Notes: generated from the letters alone by a model not told the origin. Positions 15,598 to 25,354 are shown, counted from the first letter of the stretch. The stretch: 52,993 bases of DNA from a virus (IMGVR_UViG_3300048834_000646:1-52993), one strand, 5' to 3'. Translations and numbers: made by a program.

Positions 15598-15821
15598 TGG
15601 GGCATCCGGCCACCAAGCGGCGTCGCAAGGCGGTCCCGCTGCCGCACCCTGACTATCTGCCCACCACGCCGCGCGAGCTGGCGACCGTCCGGCTGCAGGA
15701 CGCCGCGCGCTTCCGCGTCTGGTACCAGCAGCGCGGCAAGGAGCTCAGCGCCCTGTGCTCGAGGATCTGCCTGCGCGACGTGCGCGCGCTCCGCGACGCA
15801 AGCGTGGCGGTGCTGCCGTGA
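15597..15821 (+). CDS. hypothetical protein
   Basis: TGATG coupling, GGAGG RBS. Confidence 0.65.
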   Translation: MGHPATKRRRKAVPLPHPDYLPTTPRELATVRLQDAARFRVWYQQRGKELSALCSRICLRDVRALRDASVAVLP

Positions 15822-16150
15822 GTACGCGAGACATGGGCTTCGGCGCATCGCACGCCGACGGCTGCCCGCCGGGGCTGACGCCGCAGGGGATCCGATTCAA
15901 CGACGAGCTCGTGAGCGCGGATGGGATCCGCGTCACGCTGCTCTTCGAGCCGCACAACACCTCCGAGCAGATTCAGGCGGCGCGCAGCTGGTGCCGGAAT
16001 CAGTTCGACGTCGTCGGCCGTGTGGAGCTGCGCACGCTCAGCGCGGTCGAGTGGGAGTGGGAGGGATGGTACCGCCGGCACGGGCTCGACCCGGCCGCGT
16101 ATATCGCATCTGCGTCAGGCTGCACCGCGCTCGGCGGGACCGAGCCCTAA
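15818..16150 (+). CDS. hypothetical protein
   Basis: GTGA overlap. Confidence 0.6.
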   Translation: MSTRDMGFGASHADGCPPGLTPQGIRFNDELVSADGIRVTLLFEPHNTSEQIQAARSWCRNQFDVVGRVELRTLSAVEWEWEGWYRRHGLDPAAYIASASGCTALGGTEP

Positions 16151-16165
16151 CCGGAGAGAATCACT

Positions 16166-16582
16166 ATGCGCCGCGTTATCAGCAACGGATCCAGTCCTGC
16201 GGATCAGGATCTACCCGCACTCTTTGACGTCCTCACGCGGGAGGTACTGGACCCCCGCTTCGAGTCCTATGGCAACTTCGTGACGCCCAACCCCTGCGAG
16301 GGCGTGTGCGTCGGGAAGGATGCCGGCGGCCGCTTTCTCTACGTCGACGGGAAGCCCTTCTATCCGGGACGCAAGGCGGTGCGCTTCTTCGGCAACTTCC
16401 TGCGGGTGGCGCATGTCTTCCAGATCGACACCGACGAGCCGGCGCTGATCAAGCAGCTCACCGAGCTGATCCGCGCCAACCAGGCGACCGAGGCGTACCA
16501 GCGTGCGCGCACGGCGTGCGGCCAGCATCTCCGGGACACCACCGTCGGTGCGCTCGAGACCGATGCCGCGGTGCCCGCCTGA
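16166..16582 (+). CDS. hypothetical protein
   Basis: GGAG RBS; RFFGNF..VF.IDTD motif. Confidence 0.75.
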   Translation: MRRVISNGSSPADQDLPALFDVLTREVLDPRFESYGNFVTPNPCEGVCVGKDAGGRFLYVDGKPFYPGRKAVRFFGNFLRVAHVFQIDTDEPALIKQLTELIRANQATEAYQRARTACGQHLRDTTVGALETDAAVPA

Positions 16583-16827
16583 TGGCGACGCCGACCGAGG
16601 ATCTCTGCGAGCAGCTGAAGGATCTCACCGGCGCGCTGCGGGATCTCACGCGCGCGGTCGACCTGCTCGCGATCGAGCATCCCAACCGCGCCACGTCGGC
16701 CGCCATCCGATCGCGCACCGGCGCGATCGCGCTCACGCTCGAGAAGCTGCAGCGGCGGTCGCTTGATACCAGCCAGGTGCTGCGCACGCTGCAGGACGCG
16801 CGGGCGCAGGCGGGGCGGTCCCGCTGA
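16582..16827 (+). CDS. hypothetical coiled-coil protein
   Basis: TGATG coupling. Confidence 0.65.
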   Translation: MATPTEDLCEQLKDLTGALRDLTRAVDLLAIEHPNRATSAAIRSRTGAIALTLEKLQRRSLDTSQVLRTLQDARAQAGRSR

Positions 16828-17009
16828 TGCGGCTTCGCTTCGTGGGGATCATTCTGCCGCGGCAGGCCGCGGCGAGCACGAGCGCCCTGGCCGATCGCCT
16901 GACGGAGTGGGGGCTCGATCAGGCCTCGCGCCTGCCGAGTACTCGGTGGATCCTCCATCGGGATCTCGGCGCGCGCACGGTGATCATGGAGGCACGCGAT
17001 GGCGAGTGA
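16827..17009 (+). CDS. hypothetical protein
   Basis: TGATG coupling. Confidence 0.55.
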   Translation: MRLRFVGIILPRQAAASTSALADRLTEWGLDQASRLPSTRWILHRDLGARTVIMEARDGE

Positions 17010-17235
17010 GACAGCGAAGGCCGGCGCGATGAGTCGGCGCGCGGCCAAGGCGATGGCGCGGCAGCTCTTCGGCGCGAGCGCGAAGACGGGCATCTCGGTC
17101 GCGGGAGGCGATCCGATCTGCGAGATCTTCCGCACGCGCGAGGACACCGCGCAGCAGGAAGTCCTCGGCCGCGGGATGAGCTGGGCCGAGGCGATGGTCG
17201 ACGCGATCAGCAATCACCGGGAGGAGGAATCATGA
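16999..17235 (+). CDS. hypothetical protein
   Basis: GGAGG RBS. Confidence 0.65.
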   Translation: MASETAKAGAMSRRAAKAMARQLFGASAKTGISVAGGDPICEIFRTREDTAQQEVLGRGMSWAEAMVDAISNHREEES

Positions 17236-17651
17236 CGGACGGCTTCGCGATCTGGAGCTGGGAGCACCGCGCGTGGTGGCGGGCCCGTCGTCAGGGCTAC
17301 ACGCTCAACCCTGCCGACGCGGGGATCTACACCTTCCAGGAGGCCGCGGAGATCGTCGTCGGCCATCGCCCTCCCGGCAGGGAAGTCGCCGTGGATCTGC
17401 ACGCCGCGCTCCGCGGCGCGCCGAGCAATCCCGCGGAGGAGAACCCCGGCCGACGGCCGCCGCTGGCGAAGGAGCGCGTCGACGCGCTGATCCGCGAGCG
17501 CGTCAGGACGAGCGGCCCCATGCTGATGCGGGAGATCGGCTACCTGTCAATCACGCGAAGCGATCTGCGGGAGGATGATGGATCCCTGTCCGCCGTCGAG
17601 GTGCTGCACGCGGATGTGATCGCGGCGCTCGATGCGCGGGAGGCATCGTGA
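17232..17651 (+). CDS. hypothetical protein
   Basis: GGAGG RBS; IWSWEHRAWWR..GYT..AGIY motif typical of small phage ORFs. Confidence 0.75.
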   Translation: MTDGFAIWSWEHRAWWRARRQGYTLNPADAGIYTFQEAAEIVVGHRPPGREVAVDLHAALRGAPSNPAEENPGRRPPLAKERVDALIRERVRTSGPMLMREIGYLSITRSDLREDDGSLSAVEVLHADVIAALDAREAS

Positions 17652-17974
17652 GCGACACGCCGATCGCGCCGCCGGCGGGCGATCTCAACTCCGAGTTCGA
17701 CTCCGAGTTCACCGCGCCCGCCGACGCGGACTTTGTCGCGCGATGGAAAATGGCCGGGGGCCGCGGGCCGAGTGTCGTGCAGGATACCAACGTGCCGCTC
17801 GTGTCGAAGAACGCGGTCGATCGGGAATATCCGCTGGTCCTGGCGCGGATCACCGAGGTGCAGCGCGAGCTCTCGATGCTGACGGCGTATCGTGAAATGA
17901 TCGAGGCGATCGCGGCCGCCGCCGGCGCTCCGCTGCCAGGTGCCGGCAGCACCAAAGCGGGAGGCACGACGTGA
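17648..17974 (+). CDS. hypothetical protein
   Basis: GGAGG RBS, GTGA overlap. Confidence 0.7.
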   Translation: MSDTPIAPPAGDLNSEFDSEFTAPADADFVARWKMAGGRGPSVVQDTNVPLVSKNAVDREYPLVLARITEVQRELSMLTAYREMIEAIAAAAGAPLPGAGSTKAGGTT

Positions 17975-18180
17975 GCAAGCTGCCGAAGGCGCGACGGTCC
18001 AAGGCGCAGCTCGAGCGGCTGGTGGAGCTGCATCGTGTGGCGCGCGAGGTCGTCGGGATGACGCACCGCGCGCTGAAGGGCGTCGGGCCCGCTGACTATC
18101 CTGCTCTGCGCCGCAATCTCTCGGCGATGGATCAACTATCCCACACTCTCGAGGACGATGATGCACAACCCCAGCTCTGA
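17971..18180 (+). CDS. hypothetical protein
   Basis: GGAGG RBS, GTGA overlap. Confidence 0.65.
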   Translation: MSKLPKARRSKAQLERLVELHRVAREVVGMTHRALKGVGPADYPALRRNLSAMDQLSHTLEDDDAQPQL

Positions 18181-18862
18181 CGCCCCCCTGCCCGGGCTCG
18201 CGCCCGCGCCGCGCGCCGCCGAGCGCACCACGGCCACCCGCCAGCCCGAAACGGTTCTGATCGCGTGCCCGAATCACCGCCCAGGGTGGCTGACCGGCAG
18301 GTGTCGCCTCTGCGGGCCGGCCACTGGCGCATACTACGGGCTGCTGCTGGTGCCGATGGCGGCCGGCGAATTTGATCGGCTGATCGGGCCGGCCATGGCC
18401 GCGCTCGAGTCGGCCCTCGCGCGGCTCTTCAAGCTGGGCGAGGTCGACGTCCTGTCCCGGTGCCGCGCGATTCTGAAGGCCCGCGGATATCGGCCGGTGC
18501 CGCTCTCGGAGACTGGCACCGAGCAATGGCTCGCCGAGGATACCGTCCGGCTGCGCGAGGCGTGGCACTACCTGCAGCTCGGCCGACCGATCGACACGCG
18601 GGAGCTCTGCGCGATCGCGCGACGCTTTCAGGCGCGCTTTCAGGAGCAGCTCGCTCGGAGCGAGGATCAGCGCAGCAACATCCTCCGCGCCTTCGGCGAC
18701 GCGATGTACCGGCAGGGCCTCCACCAGTCTGGTGGCCGGCAGGCGGACACCTCCCTGCACGCCGCGGCGGTCAAGGATCGGATCGGCGCGGAGCTCGCGC
18801 TCGAGAAGCTGGACCGGCGAGAGCAGGAGATCCGCCGGGGAGACCGCCATGACGGAGCCTAA
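18158..18862 (+). CDS. hypothetical protein
   Basis: GAGG RBS; CPNH...CRLC possible Zn site. Confidence 0.65.
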   Translation: MMHNPSSDAPLPGLAPAPRAAERTTATRQPETVLIACPNHRPGWLTGRCRLCGPATGAYYGLLLVPMAAGEFDRLIGPAMAALESALARLFKLGEVDVLSRCRAILKARGYRPVPLSETGTEQWLAEDTVRLREAWHYLQLGRPIDTRELCAIARRFQARFQEQLARSEDQRSNILRAFGDAMYRQGLHQSGGRQADTSLHAAAVKDRIGAELALEKLDRREQEIRRGDRHDGA

Positions 18863-19199
18863 GCCCCTGCTCGGCGAGGCCGGCCTCTACCGGCGGCGCT
18901 CGGTGCCATCGACCGCGATCCAGTGGACCGGGGACAATCGGGCGGCGATCCTTGCGCTCGAGCAGGAGGGGAAGATCCCCGCCGTTTCGTGGGAGGTCTA
19001 CGGCGTCATCGAGCGGCTGACGGTCGCCACGGTCGAGCCCGACGCGGGCTGGGTGCCGGTGCCGCTCTGGAGCTGGATCTGCATCAGCTACTCCGGCGTC
19101 GTCACCGTCGTGTCGCACGCGTCCTTCTTCGTGATCTACGAGCCGGCGGCCGCGCCGGTCCCCTCTCCATTTGCGAAGGAGGCCGCCGGTGCTGACTAG
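18849..19199 (+). CDS. hypothetical protein (AIQWTGDN-type phage protein)
   Basis: GGGAG RBS; start reassigned to ATG 18849. Confidence 0.7.
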   Translation: MTEPKPLLGEAGLYRRRSVPSTAIQWTGDNRAAILALEQEGKIPAVSWEVYGVIERLTVATVEPDAGWVPVPLWSWICISYSGVVTVVSHASFFVIYEPAAAPVPSPFAKEAAGAD

Positions 19200-19503
19200 C
19201 CAGGATCGCGCGCTCTTCCCCGGCGTGCTGAACCGACCCGAGATGTACAGCGGCGCGGACGACGAGGGCCTGATCCTCTGGGCCTTCTTCCGCTACCTGC
19301 GCCGGTCCCATCCCTTCCGCTTCGCGGAGATCCGCGCGAGCGCGAGGGGATCCCGCCGCGAGGCGTACCGCTGCACCATTTACGAGCCGGATGACGCGCG
19401 CCGCCCTTATGCCTGCGGCGAGGGCGAGGGCCCGCACCTCGCGGTGCTCGCCTGCCTGAAGGAGTTCCAGACGCGGATCAAGTCGGAAGGGGGCACGCTG
19501 TGA
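19189..19503 (+). CDS. hypothetical protein
   Basis: AAGGAGG RBS before GTG 19189. Confidence 0.65.
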   Translation: MLTSQDRALFPGVLNRPEMYSGADDEGLILWAFFRYLRRSHPFRFAEIRASARGSRREAYRCTIYEPDDARRPYACGEGEGPHLAVLACLKEFQTRIKSEGGTL

Positions 19504-20135
19504 GGACGACGACGCGCCCGATCAGTACCTATCCCGTTCCGGAGACGCCGTCGGCCGAGCGGCGGTACTCGCAGTTCAAGGCCTCGTGGGCGAAGGCGAC
19601 CGAGCTGCTGTATCGCGAGCTCTCGTATCTCGGCGTCACCGAGCTGATCCTCGAGATCGACGTGCATCCGTGGGATCTCCGACAGGACGGGATGCCGCGG
19701 GCCAACGCGCGGCCGCAGGGCCCGCGCGTCGTCGTCTACGCCACGCTGCCGAATCGTGATCTCCGGATCCCCTGCGACACCTTCCGCGATCACGCACACA
19801 ACCTCTACGCGATCGCGCTCACGCTCGAGAAGCTCCGCGCCATCGATCGCTACGGCGTGACCACGCAGGGCGAGCAATACCGAGGCTTCACGGCGCTGCC
19901 GGCCGTCACCTCCGTCACCACGCGCGTGGAGGCCGCCTGGGCAACGCTCGAGCGCGAGGCCGGTCGCGACGGACTCCCGATCGAGCGCGAGAAGCGAACG
20001 CGCGAGGCGATGGATATCCTCTTCCGCGACGCCACGCGTCGCGCCCACCCGGACGCCGGCGGATCGGACGAGCGGATGGCGCACGTCAACCGCGCGCGCT
20101 CCACCATTCAGGAGAGCCTGCTCCGTGACGACTGA
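19500..20135 (+). CDS. Protein with C-terminal minimal J-domain (HPD)
   Basis: RRAHPDAGGSDERMAHVNRA; N-terminal IPCD..NLYAIALTLEKLR..DRYGV. Confidence 0.8.
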   Translation: MRTTTRPISTYPVPETPSAERRYSQFKASWAKATELLYRELSYLGVTELILEIDVHPWDLRQDGMPRANARPQGPRVVVYATLPNRDLRIPCDTFRDHAHNLYAIALTLEKLRAIDRYGVTTQGEQYRGFTALPAVTSVTTRVEAAWATLEREAGRDGLPIEREKRTREAMDILFRDATRRAHPDAGGSDERMAHVNRARSTIQESLLRDD

Positions 20136-20391
20136 AATCAAGTGTGCCTGTTGCGGCCTGCCGTACACTGAGCACGCCCCGGAGCGGCCGGCGATCTGCC
20201 GCCGATGCTACGTCGCGGCCACGGATCTGGCCGGCACGCCGGAACGCACGCGCTGGCTCTATGACGAGTGCGAGAGTCCGGAGTGCGGCAAGCTCCTGCC
20301 GAGCGAGGCGCTGGCCTGCCCGCACTGCCTGACGCCGACCAGCCGCCGTCCCTCCTTTCTCGCGCCGCCGATCACGCGGGAGGAATCGTGA
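20125..20391 (+). CDS. Zn-ribbon protein
   Basis: Four Cys pairs; AGGAG RBS. Confidence 0.65.
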   Translation: MTTEIKCACCGLPYTEHAPERPAICRRCYVAATDLAGTPERTRWLYDECESPECGKLLPSEALACPHCLTPTSRRPSFLAPPITREES

Positions 20392-20912
20392 GGCCGATCT
20401 CGACCGGCTTCGACGGCGAGCGGATCGTCGCGGAAGAGCAGCTCGAGTACTGCCCGCTCCCGGCCTTCGCCTACCTCGACCAGGACGGCACGCCGGTTCA
20501 GCTGATGCGCTACACCTTCACGCCGGCGGAGCGCGCGGCGATCGCGGCCGGCGACGATCTCGCGCTCTCGATGCCCGGGCTCGTCGCGCCGCACTGTCTG
20601 CGGCTCTGGGGTGAGGAGCTGGAGCGGCACGCCGGCGGGGCCGCCCCCGCGAGTCCCGCGTCGGATCCGCACGAGTTCCCGCACCTCGAGGTGGACTTGC
20701 GGCGCGTGATGGATCAGCTGCGCGGGATCCTGCCGCGCGGGATCGGATTCACGGTCATGCTCTTTCACTACGCCAAGCGGAACGGCCTCGCGTACGGCTC
20801 GACCGCGGAGCGCGAGGACGTGCTCGTGATGCTGCTGGAATTTCTCAGGAAGCAGGACGCCGCAATGCTACTCCGCGCCATGCAGCGCGCGGACCAACCC
20901 ACAGGAGGGTGA
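20388..20912 (+). CDS. hypothetical two-domain protein
   Basis: GGAGG RBS before GTG 20388. Confidence 0.7.
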   Translation: MRPISTGFDGERIVAEEQLEYCPLPAFAYLDQDGTPVQLMRYTFTPAERAAIAAGDDLALSMPGLVAPHCLRLWGEELERHAGGAAPASPASDPHEFPHLEVDLRRVMDQLRGILPRGIGFTVMLFHYAKRNGLAYGSTAEREDVLVMLLEFLRKQDAAMLLRAMQRADQPTGG

Positions 20913-21874
20913 TGATGTCAGGGACAGGGAATGCCACGCCCGAGCGCGTGGCCATCGGGAAGCTGAGCCGGGAGGCGCACCTCGATCTGCTGCGATCGAT
21001 GCTCGCCGAGTATGTCGGGCCTGACGACGCGGAGCGGATCATCAACGAGATCAAACCGCCCTTCGTCGTCCTGTACCGCAGGAAGGAGAAGGGACCAATG
21101 CCCACAGCGCTGTGCCCGGGATGCCTGGCGATCGTGCGCGACGTCGAGGGGATGCTTGCCGAGCCGATGCAAGAGTACCTCGAGTCGCACGGCCGCCTGC
21201 CCGAGTGCCAGCATCAGGCGGACGCGGCATCGGAGGCCCCGCGCGAGATCACCCCGGAGGACCTTCGGCTGGCATCGGAGTCGTGTCGCGAGGCCGGGAT
21301 CGATCTCACGCCCCTACTCCGTGCCGCGCACACGATCGAGGCCAAGGACGCGCGCATCGAGGAGCTGACGATCCATCGCGACGCGGCGCGCGACGCCTAC
21401 CTCGACGCGAGCCGCGCGCTGACGTCGGCGCGAAAGGAGCGGGACGCTGCGGTCCTCAGCCAGACCGAGGCGGAGCGGAAGCGGGACTTCTTCCTCGAGT
21501 GCAAGGAGACCGAGATCAAGGAGCTCACCGGCACCTGCCGGGAGGCCGAGGCGAAGGCGCTCGAGAGCCGCCGGCGGATCGAGGCGCTCGAGGAGGCGAT
21601 CAATTGGGCGATGGGATGCGGGACGAGAGCGCAGCCGATATTCCCGGCGGGCCCGGACGCTCGGCGGTACGAGTGGCGGGGCGCGCTGGCGGTGTTGGCG
21701 GGCATGGCGTACGACCCTGCGGTGAGCCGCTATCTGCCCACCCGGCAATTTATGGTCGAGTCGATCGACCTGGGCGAGCTCATCCGCTTCCCCGGCCTGC
21801 GCACGACGGACCGGACGCTCGATGCCGCCGGGGATGGGAACGCCATCCGCCCGACGCCGAAGGGGGATACATGA
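20909..21874 (+). CDS. hypothetical protein with coiled coil
   Basis: AGGAGG RBS. Confidence 0.7.
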   Translation: MMMSGTGNATPERVAIGKLSREAHLDLLRSMLAEYVGPDDAERIINEIKPPFVVLYRRKEKGPMPTALCPGCLAIVRDVEGMLAEPMQEYLESHGRLPECQHQADAASEAPREITPEDLRLASESCREAGIDLTPLLRAAHTIEAKDARIEELTIHRDAARDAYLDASRALTSARKERDAAVLSQTEAERKRDFFLECKETEIKELTGTCREAEAKALESRRRIEALEEAINWAMGCGTRAQPIFPAGPDARRYEWRGALAVLAGMAYDPAVSRYLPTRQFMVESIDLGELIRFPGLRTTDRTLDAAGDGNAIRPTPKGDT

Positions 21875-22131
21875 CGCGGCGGAAGCTGATCCTCCTGATC
21901 CTGCTCTATGCCGTGGGCTTCTACGGCACCGGGGCGCTGCAGGCCTCGCGCGCCTGCCCGCGCGTCGCGCTCTTCCGCTCGCGAGAGGCGGCCGTCGCCG
22001 ATAGTCAGCTGGGCGTCCTCTTCTCCGGGCTCCTGTGGCCGGTCATCCTGCCGATTCTCGCGCTCGATGAGATCCGGGACCGCATCAATCCGGCGCTCCG
22101 GACCTGCCCCGCTGCGGACGGTGCCTCGTGA
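21871..22131 (+). CDS. Small membrane protein (2 TM)
   Basis: LILLILLYAVGF and VLFSGLLWPVILPIL segments. Confidence 0.7.
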   Translation: MTRRKLILLILLYAVGFYGTGALQASRACPRVALFRSREAAVADSQLGVLFSGLLWPVILPILALDEIRDRINPALRTCPAADGAS

Positions 22132-22460
22132 GCGGGCGGGACGCGCTGGCCGAGGCGCTGCTGCGGGCCGGCGTGCCGGAATGGGGGAAGGCGGATCTGC
22201 GCGCCTCGTCCCCCGCGCGCTTTCCTGAGTCGGTCGCCGCGTACGCCCCGCTGATCCTTTCCGTCCTGCTGGCGGATCCGGAGATGATCTGGCGGCTGCC
22301 TCCCGGCGTGAAGCGCATGGCGCTCCGCACCTTCCTCGCGGAGGCGCTGCTGGATCCCGCCAGCTTCACCGCCAGTCCGGACGAGGCCTTCCGCGCTCGC
22401 CTGATGGCGCTCCTGGACGATCTGGCCACGGTGCGGGAGGACGACGCGGATGGCGGATGA
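22128..22460 (+). CDS. hypothetical protein
   Basis: GTGA overlap. Confidence 0.6.
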   Translation: MSGRDALAEALLRAGVPEWGKADLRASSPARFPESVAAYAPLILSVLLADPEMIWRLPPGVKRMALRTFLAEALLDPASFTASPDEAFRARLMALLDDLATVREDDADGG

Positions 22461-22914
22461 GCTGCGCGCGCTTTCGATCCAGCAGCCCTGGGTGAATCAC
22501 ATCCTCTACGACGGCAAGCGCGTGGAGAATCGCAGCTGGTACACGCGCTATCGCGGTCCGCTCTTCCTGCATGCGGCCAAGACCACCGACGGCCCGCTCC
22601 CGGCGCACCGGCACGACTTCGTGCGCTCCGCCCTCTGCGGGCTGGCCACGGTGGTGGACTGCCTGCGCGCCGATCAGACGCTGGCGAAGCATCCCGCGCA
22701 GGAGCCGTGGATCTACGGGCCCTATTGCATCGTGCTGGCCAAGGTCCGCCCGATCCGCCCGATCCTCGCGCGGGGCTACCTGAGTATCTATCCCCTCGCG
22801 TCCCGGCCGTGCCCCGCCGAGGTCATCGAGGCCGCGGCGGCGGAGCTCCGCTCCTATCTCGCCCTTCCCGCAGCACCACCAACCGGAGATGATGATGCAG
22901 CAGATCCGCTATGA
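22450..22914 (+). CDS. ASCH domain protein
   Basis: ALSIQQPW, GKRVENRSW, YRGPLFLHA. Confidence 0.9.
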   Translation: MADELRALSIQQPWVNHILYDGKRVENRSWYTRYRGPLFLHAAKTTDGPLPAHRHDFVRSALCGLATVVDCLRADQTLAKHPAQEPWIYGPYCIVLAKVRPIRPILARGYLSIYPLASRPCPAEVIEAAAAELRSYLALPAAPPTGDDDAADPL

Positions 22915-23266
22915 CGAGCAGGGCCGGCGCGATGACGAGGTGACGCGCGTGGACTCGATCGAGCAAGTACGGCAGGCGATGATCCGCGTCGGGAACCGCG
23001 AGGTGCGCCTGCATCCTCCCGGCTCCACCTTCGACGCGTGGCACAAGGGGAAGCGGTTCCGGTACCGCGTCGACGAGGACGGCAGCCTGTGGCAGGTCAC
23101 GCCGTGGCCCGAGCGGATGCTACGCACGGCGGCGGAGGTCGCGGCCGCCTCGAAGCCGAAGGAGGAGCGCATCGCCGAGCTGCGGCGCGAGATCGCCGAG
23201 CTGATGCGGGACGGATCCTCCAAGGCGCTGCTCCCCGCCCCGGTGGAGGGCACGAGCGATGAGTGA
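22889..23266 (+). CDS. hypothetical protein
   Basis: GGAG RBS. Confidence 0.65.
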   Translation: MMMQQIRYDEQGRRDDEVTRVDSIEQVRQAMIRVGNREVRLHPPGSTFDAWHKGKRFRYRVDEDGSLWQVTPWPERMLRTAAEVAAASKPKEERIAELRREIAELMRDGSSKALLPAPVEGTSDE

Positions 23267-23468
23267 GAGCGTCGGAGAAGCGTTCCCGAAGGAGCAGCAA
23301 CGGCTCCGGGAGCTACTGGCGATTTATCGGGGGCTGGAGGGCGGCGTCGGCGCGTTCGGGGCAGCGGGGATCGAGCAAACGCTGCAGCGTGCCGATCAGG
23401 CGATGGCGAGCGGTGACGTGGTGGCCATCGTCCAGGCGTTTGCGGAGATGCAGGGGTGGCAGGAATGA
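23259..23468 (+). CDS. hypothetical protein
   Basis: GGAGG RBS; typical small helical phage protein. Confidence 0.7.
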   Translation: MSESVGEAFPKEQQRLRELLAIYRGLEGGVGAFGAAGIEQTLQRADQAMASGDVVAIVQAFAEMQGWQE

Positions 23469-24073
23469 CCGCGCCGACGTCCGAGCGCCGCGTGCCGGAG
23501 GAGTTCCTCGCGCGCTATGCCGACCCGAGCGACGCGCTCTCCGATCCGGTGCGGCGTGACCTCGCGCTCGACCTGACCGAGACGCTGCGCATCATCGAGC
23601 GTCGGCGCGTGCACTGCGCCTACTGCGGCGAGGATATCATCGACGTTCGGAATCCGGCCTCGTCGCTGGCGGTGCAGGAGCACATCCTGCAATGCGCGAA
23701 GCATCCGGCCGCGAAGATCGTAGCCGAGGCCGAGGCCCAGGTGGCCACCCTCTCCACCGAGGCGGAGCGGCTGAGGGATCAAGTCGCCACGCAGGCGAAG
23801 GAGTGGTATGCCCGGGTGGCTGATCTCCGCACCGAGGTGGAGCGGCTGACCAAGGAGAAGGCGGAGGCCCTGTCCGTCGCGCTTGAGCTGGATGCCGAGG
23901 TCAAGCGAATCGCAATGGTTGGCGGCACCAAGTCTGCCATTACCGCACGGTCAAAGCTGGCGCTGTCAGGTGTCGGAATGATCCGCCCGCCGCTCGACAA
24001 AATCCGCGCCCGTCTCGCCGCGCTCTCGCTCCCCACCCCCGCCGAACCCGAGGTGAAGAATGACCAGTCCTGA
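23465..24073 (+). CDS. Modular hypothetical protein (Zn finger plus coiled coil)
   Basis: CAYCG...HILQCAKHP; ATGA overlap. Confidence 0.7.
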   Translation: MTAPTSERRVPEEFLARYADPSDALSDPVRRDLALDLTETLRIIERRRVHCAYCGEDIIDVRNPASSLAVQEHILQCAKHPAAKIVAEAEAQVATLSTEAERLRDQVATQAKEWYARVADLRTEVERLTKEKAEALSVALELDAEVKRIAMVGGTKSAITARSKLALSGVGMIRPPLDKIRARLAALSLPTPAEPEVKNDQS

Positions 24074-24830
24074 GTCCCGGCCCCGTGTGGAGGGGGAGGA
24101 TAGCGTCGAGGGTAAGGCGTGGGAGATCATACAGGCGCTCGCCAAGTCGACGGATCTCGTGAGGGAATACGTCGGCGGGCTGACCGCGCGATACAACACC
24201 GCCCTCGCCGAGAACGCTCGCCTCACCGCCGAGGCGGTAATCTGGAAGTCCTCGCTCGAGTGCTGGGGCCGGCATCATCCGTGGTGCTGGCTGGTCACGC
24301 AAGCCGGAGTCGAGGGCGCGTATTGCAACTGCGGCTACAAGGAGGCGCTGACGGGAAAGGACCGGAGCCACCAGGCCGCGCCGATGTCGCCGCACGAGGA
24401 GGAGCAGGTCCGGCGCTTCGAAGCGCGCGTCGCTGCGAACGGTCGCCTCCCCACCCACGCCCCGGAGGCGATGCCACCTGAGCCGAAGTGCCTCACCTGT
24501 GGACTCTATTGCGGCCACGAGATGGTGCCTGAGATCCGGTGTAAGTGCGTGTTCCCTGTTGTGATGCCGCGAGTTGGCAAAGCGCCCCCCGCCCCGGAGG
24601 CCGATCAGAAGCGGCTCGATCGCGAAGGCGAGCTGACCCTCCCGGAGGTGCGCGAGCTGCTGCGCGCGGCCGTCAGTCAGCACGACTCTGCTCGTGCCGC
24701 GGCTCTCCGCTGGAAGCTGAGCGCCCCCTATCTCTGCGAGGTCATGAACGGCACGCGAGATCCGGGGCCGAAGATCCTCCGGCTGCTGGGACTGGAGAAG
24801 CGGACCACCGTCCGCTACGCCCATGTGTAA
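24060..24830 (+). CDS. Modular hypothetical protein with Cys clusters and C-terminal HTH
   Basis: H..WC..CNCG, CLTC; SARAAALRWKLSAPYLCEVMNGTRDPGPKILRLLG is Cro/XRE-like. Confidence 0.65.
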   Translation: MTSPESRPRVEGEDSVEGKAWEIIQALAKSTDLVREYVGGLTARYNTALAENARLTAEAVIWKSSLECWGRHHPWCWLVTQAGVEGAYCNCGYKEALTGKDRSHQAAPMSPHEEEQVRRFEARVAANGRLPTHAPEAMPPEPKCLTCGLYCGHEMVPEIRCKCVFPVVMPRVGKAPPAPEADQKRLDREGELTLPEVRELLRAAVSQHDSARAAALRWKLSAPYLCEVMNGTRDPGPKILRLLGLEKRTTVRYAHV

Positions 24831-25032
24831 GCCGCGGCGATTTCTCGCGCGGTCCCCGCATGTCGGCCCGATCTCCTCGATCCTGATCGAGGTCCATGCC
24901 GTCTTCGACATGGTCACCATCTGGAATCGCGGCGGGAAGGCCGGCCGGCTGTCGCTGATGCGCGGCGACGGGATGGCGCTGGTCGATCTCCTGCTCCCGG
25001 CGGGGCAGCGTGACGAGGTGCCCGATGAGTAA
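24823..25032 (+). CDS. hypothetical protein
   Basis: Overlap-coupled. Confidence 0.55.
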   Translation: MCKPRRFLARSPHVGPISSILIEVHAVFDMVTIWNRGGKAGRLSLMRGDGMALVDLLLPAGQRDEVPDE

Positions 25033-25354
25033 GCGCCCGCCGCCTCCCGACTACAGCACCGCGCCGGCGTCCTGGATCCGCACGCCGCCGCCGCCCAAGG
25101 CCCGGAAGCTCGGCATCTGGCCGCGCCAGAGGCCCGCGCCGGATCCCCTCCGGTGCGAGGCGATCACCGCCACCGGCAGCAACGCCGGCAAGCAGTGCTA
25201 TAACTCCTGGTCGATGCGGTTCGAAGGCGTCGGCTACTGCGACAAGCATCATCCGGTCCGGATGGCCGAGATCGAGGCGCGGCGCATCTATCGCCTGATC
25301 ACCGGACTCGAGCAGATGGGATTCACCGTTCGCGCAACAGGGCGTGCGTCATGA
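25025..25354 (+). CDS. hypothetical protein with C3H Zn motif
   Basis: GAGG RBS; RCEA..QC..YCDKH. Confidence 0.65.
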   Translation: MSKRPPPPDYSTAPASWIRTPPPPKARKLGIWPRQRPAPDPLRCEAITATGSNAGKQCYNSWSMRFEGVGYCDKHHPVRMAEIEARRIYRLITGLEQMGFTVRATGRAS

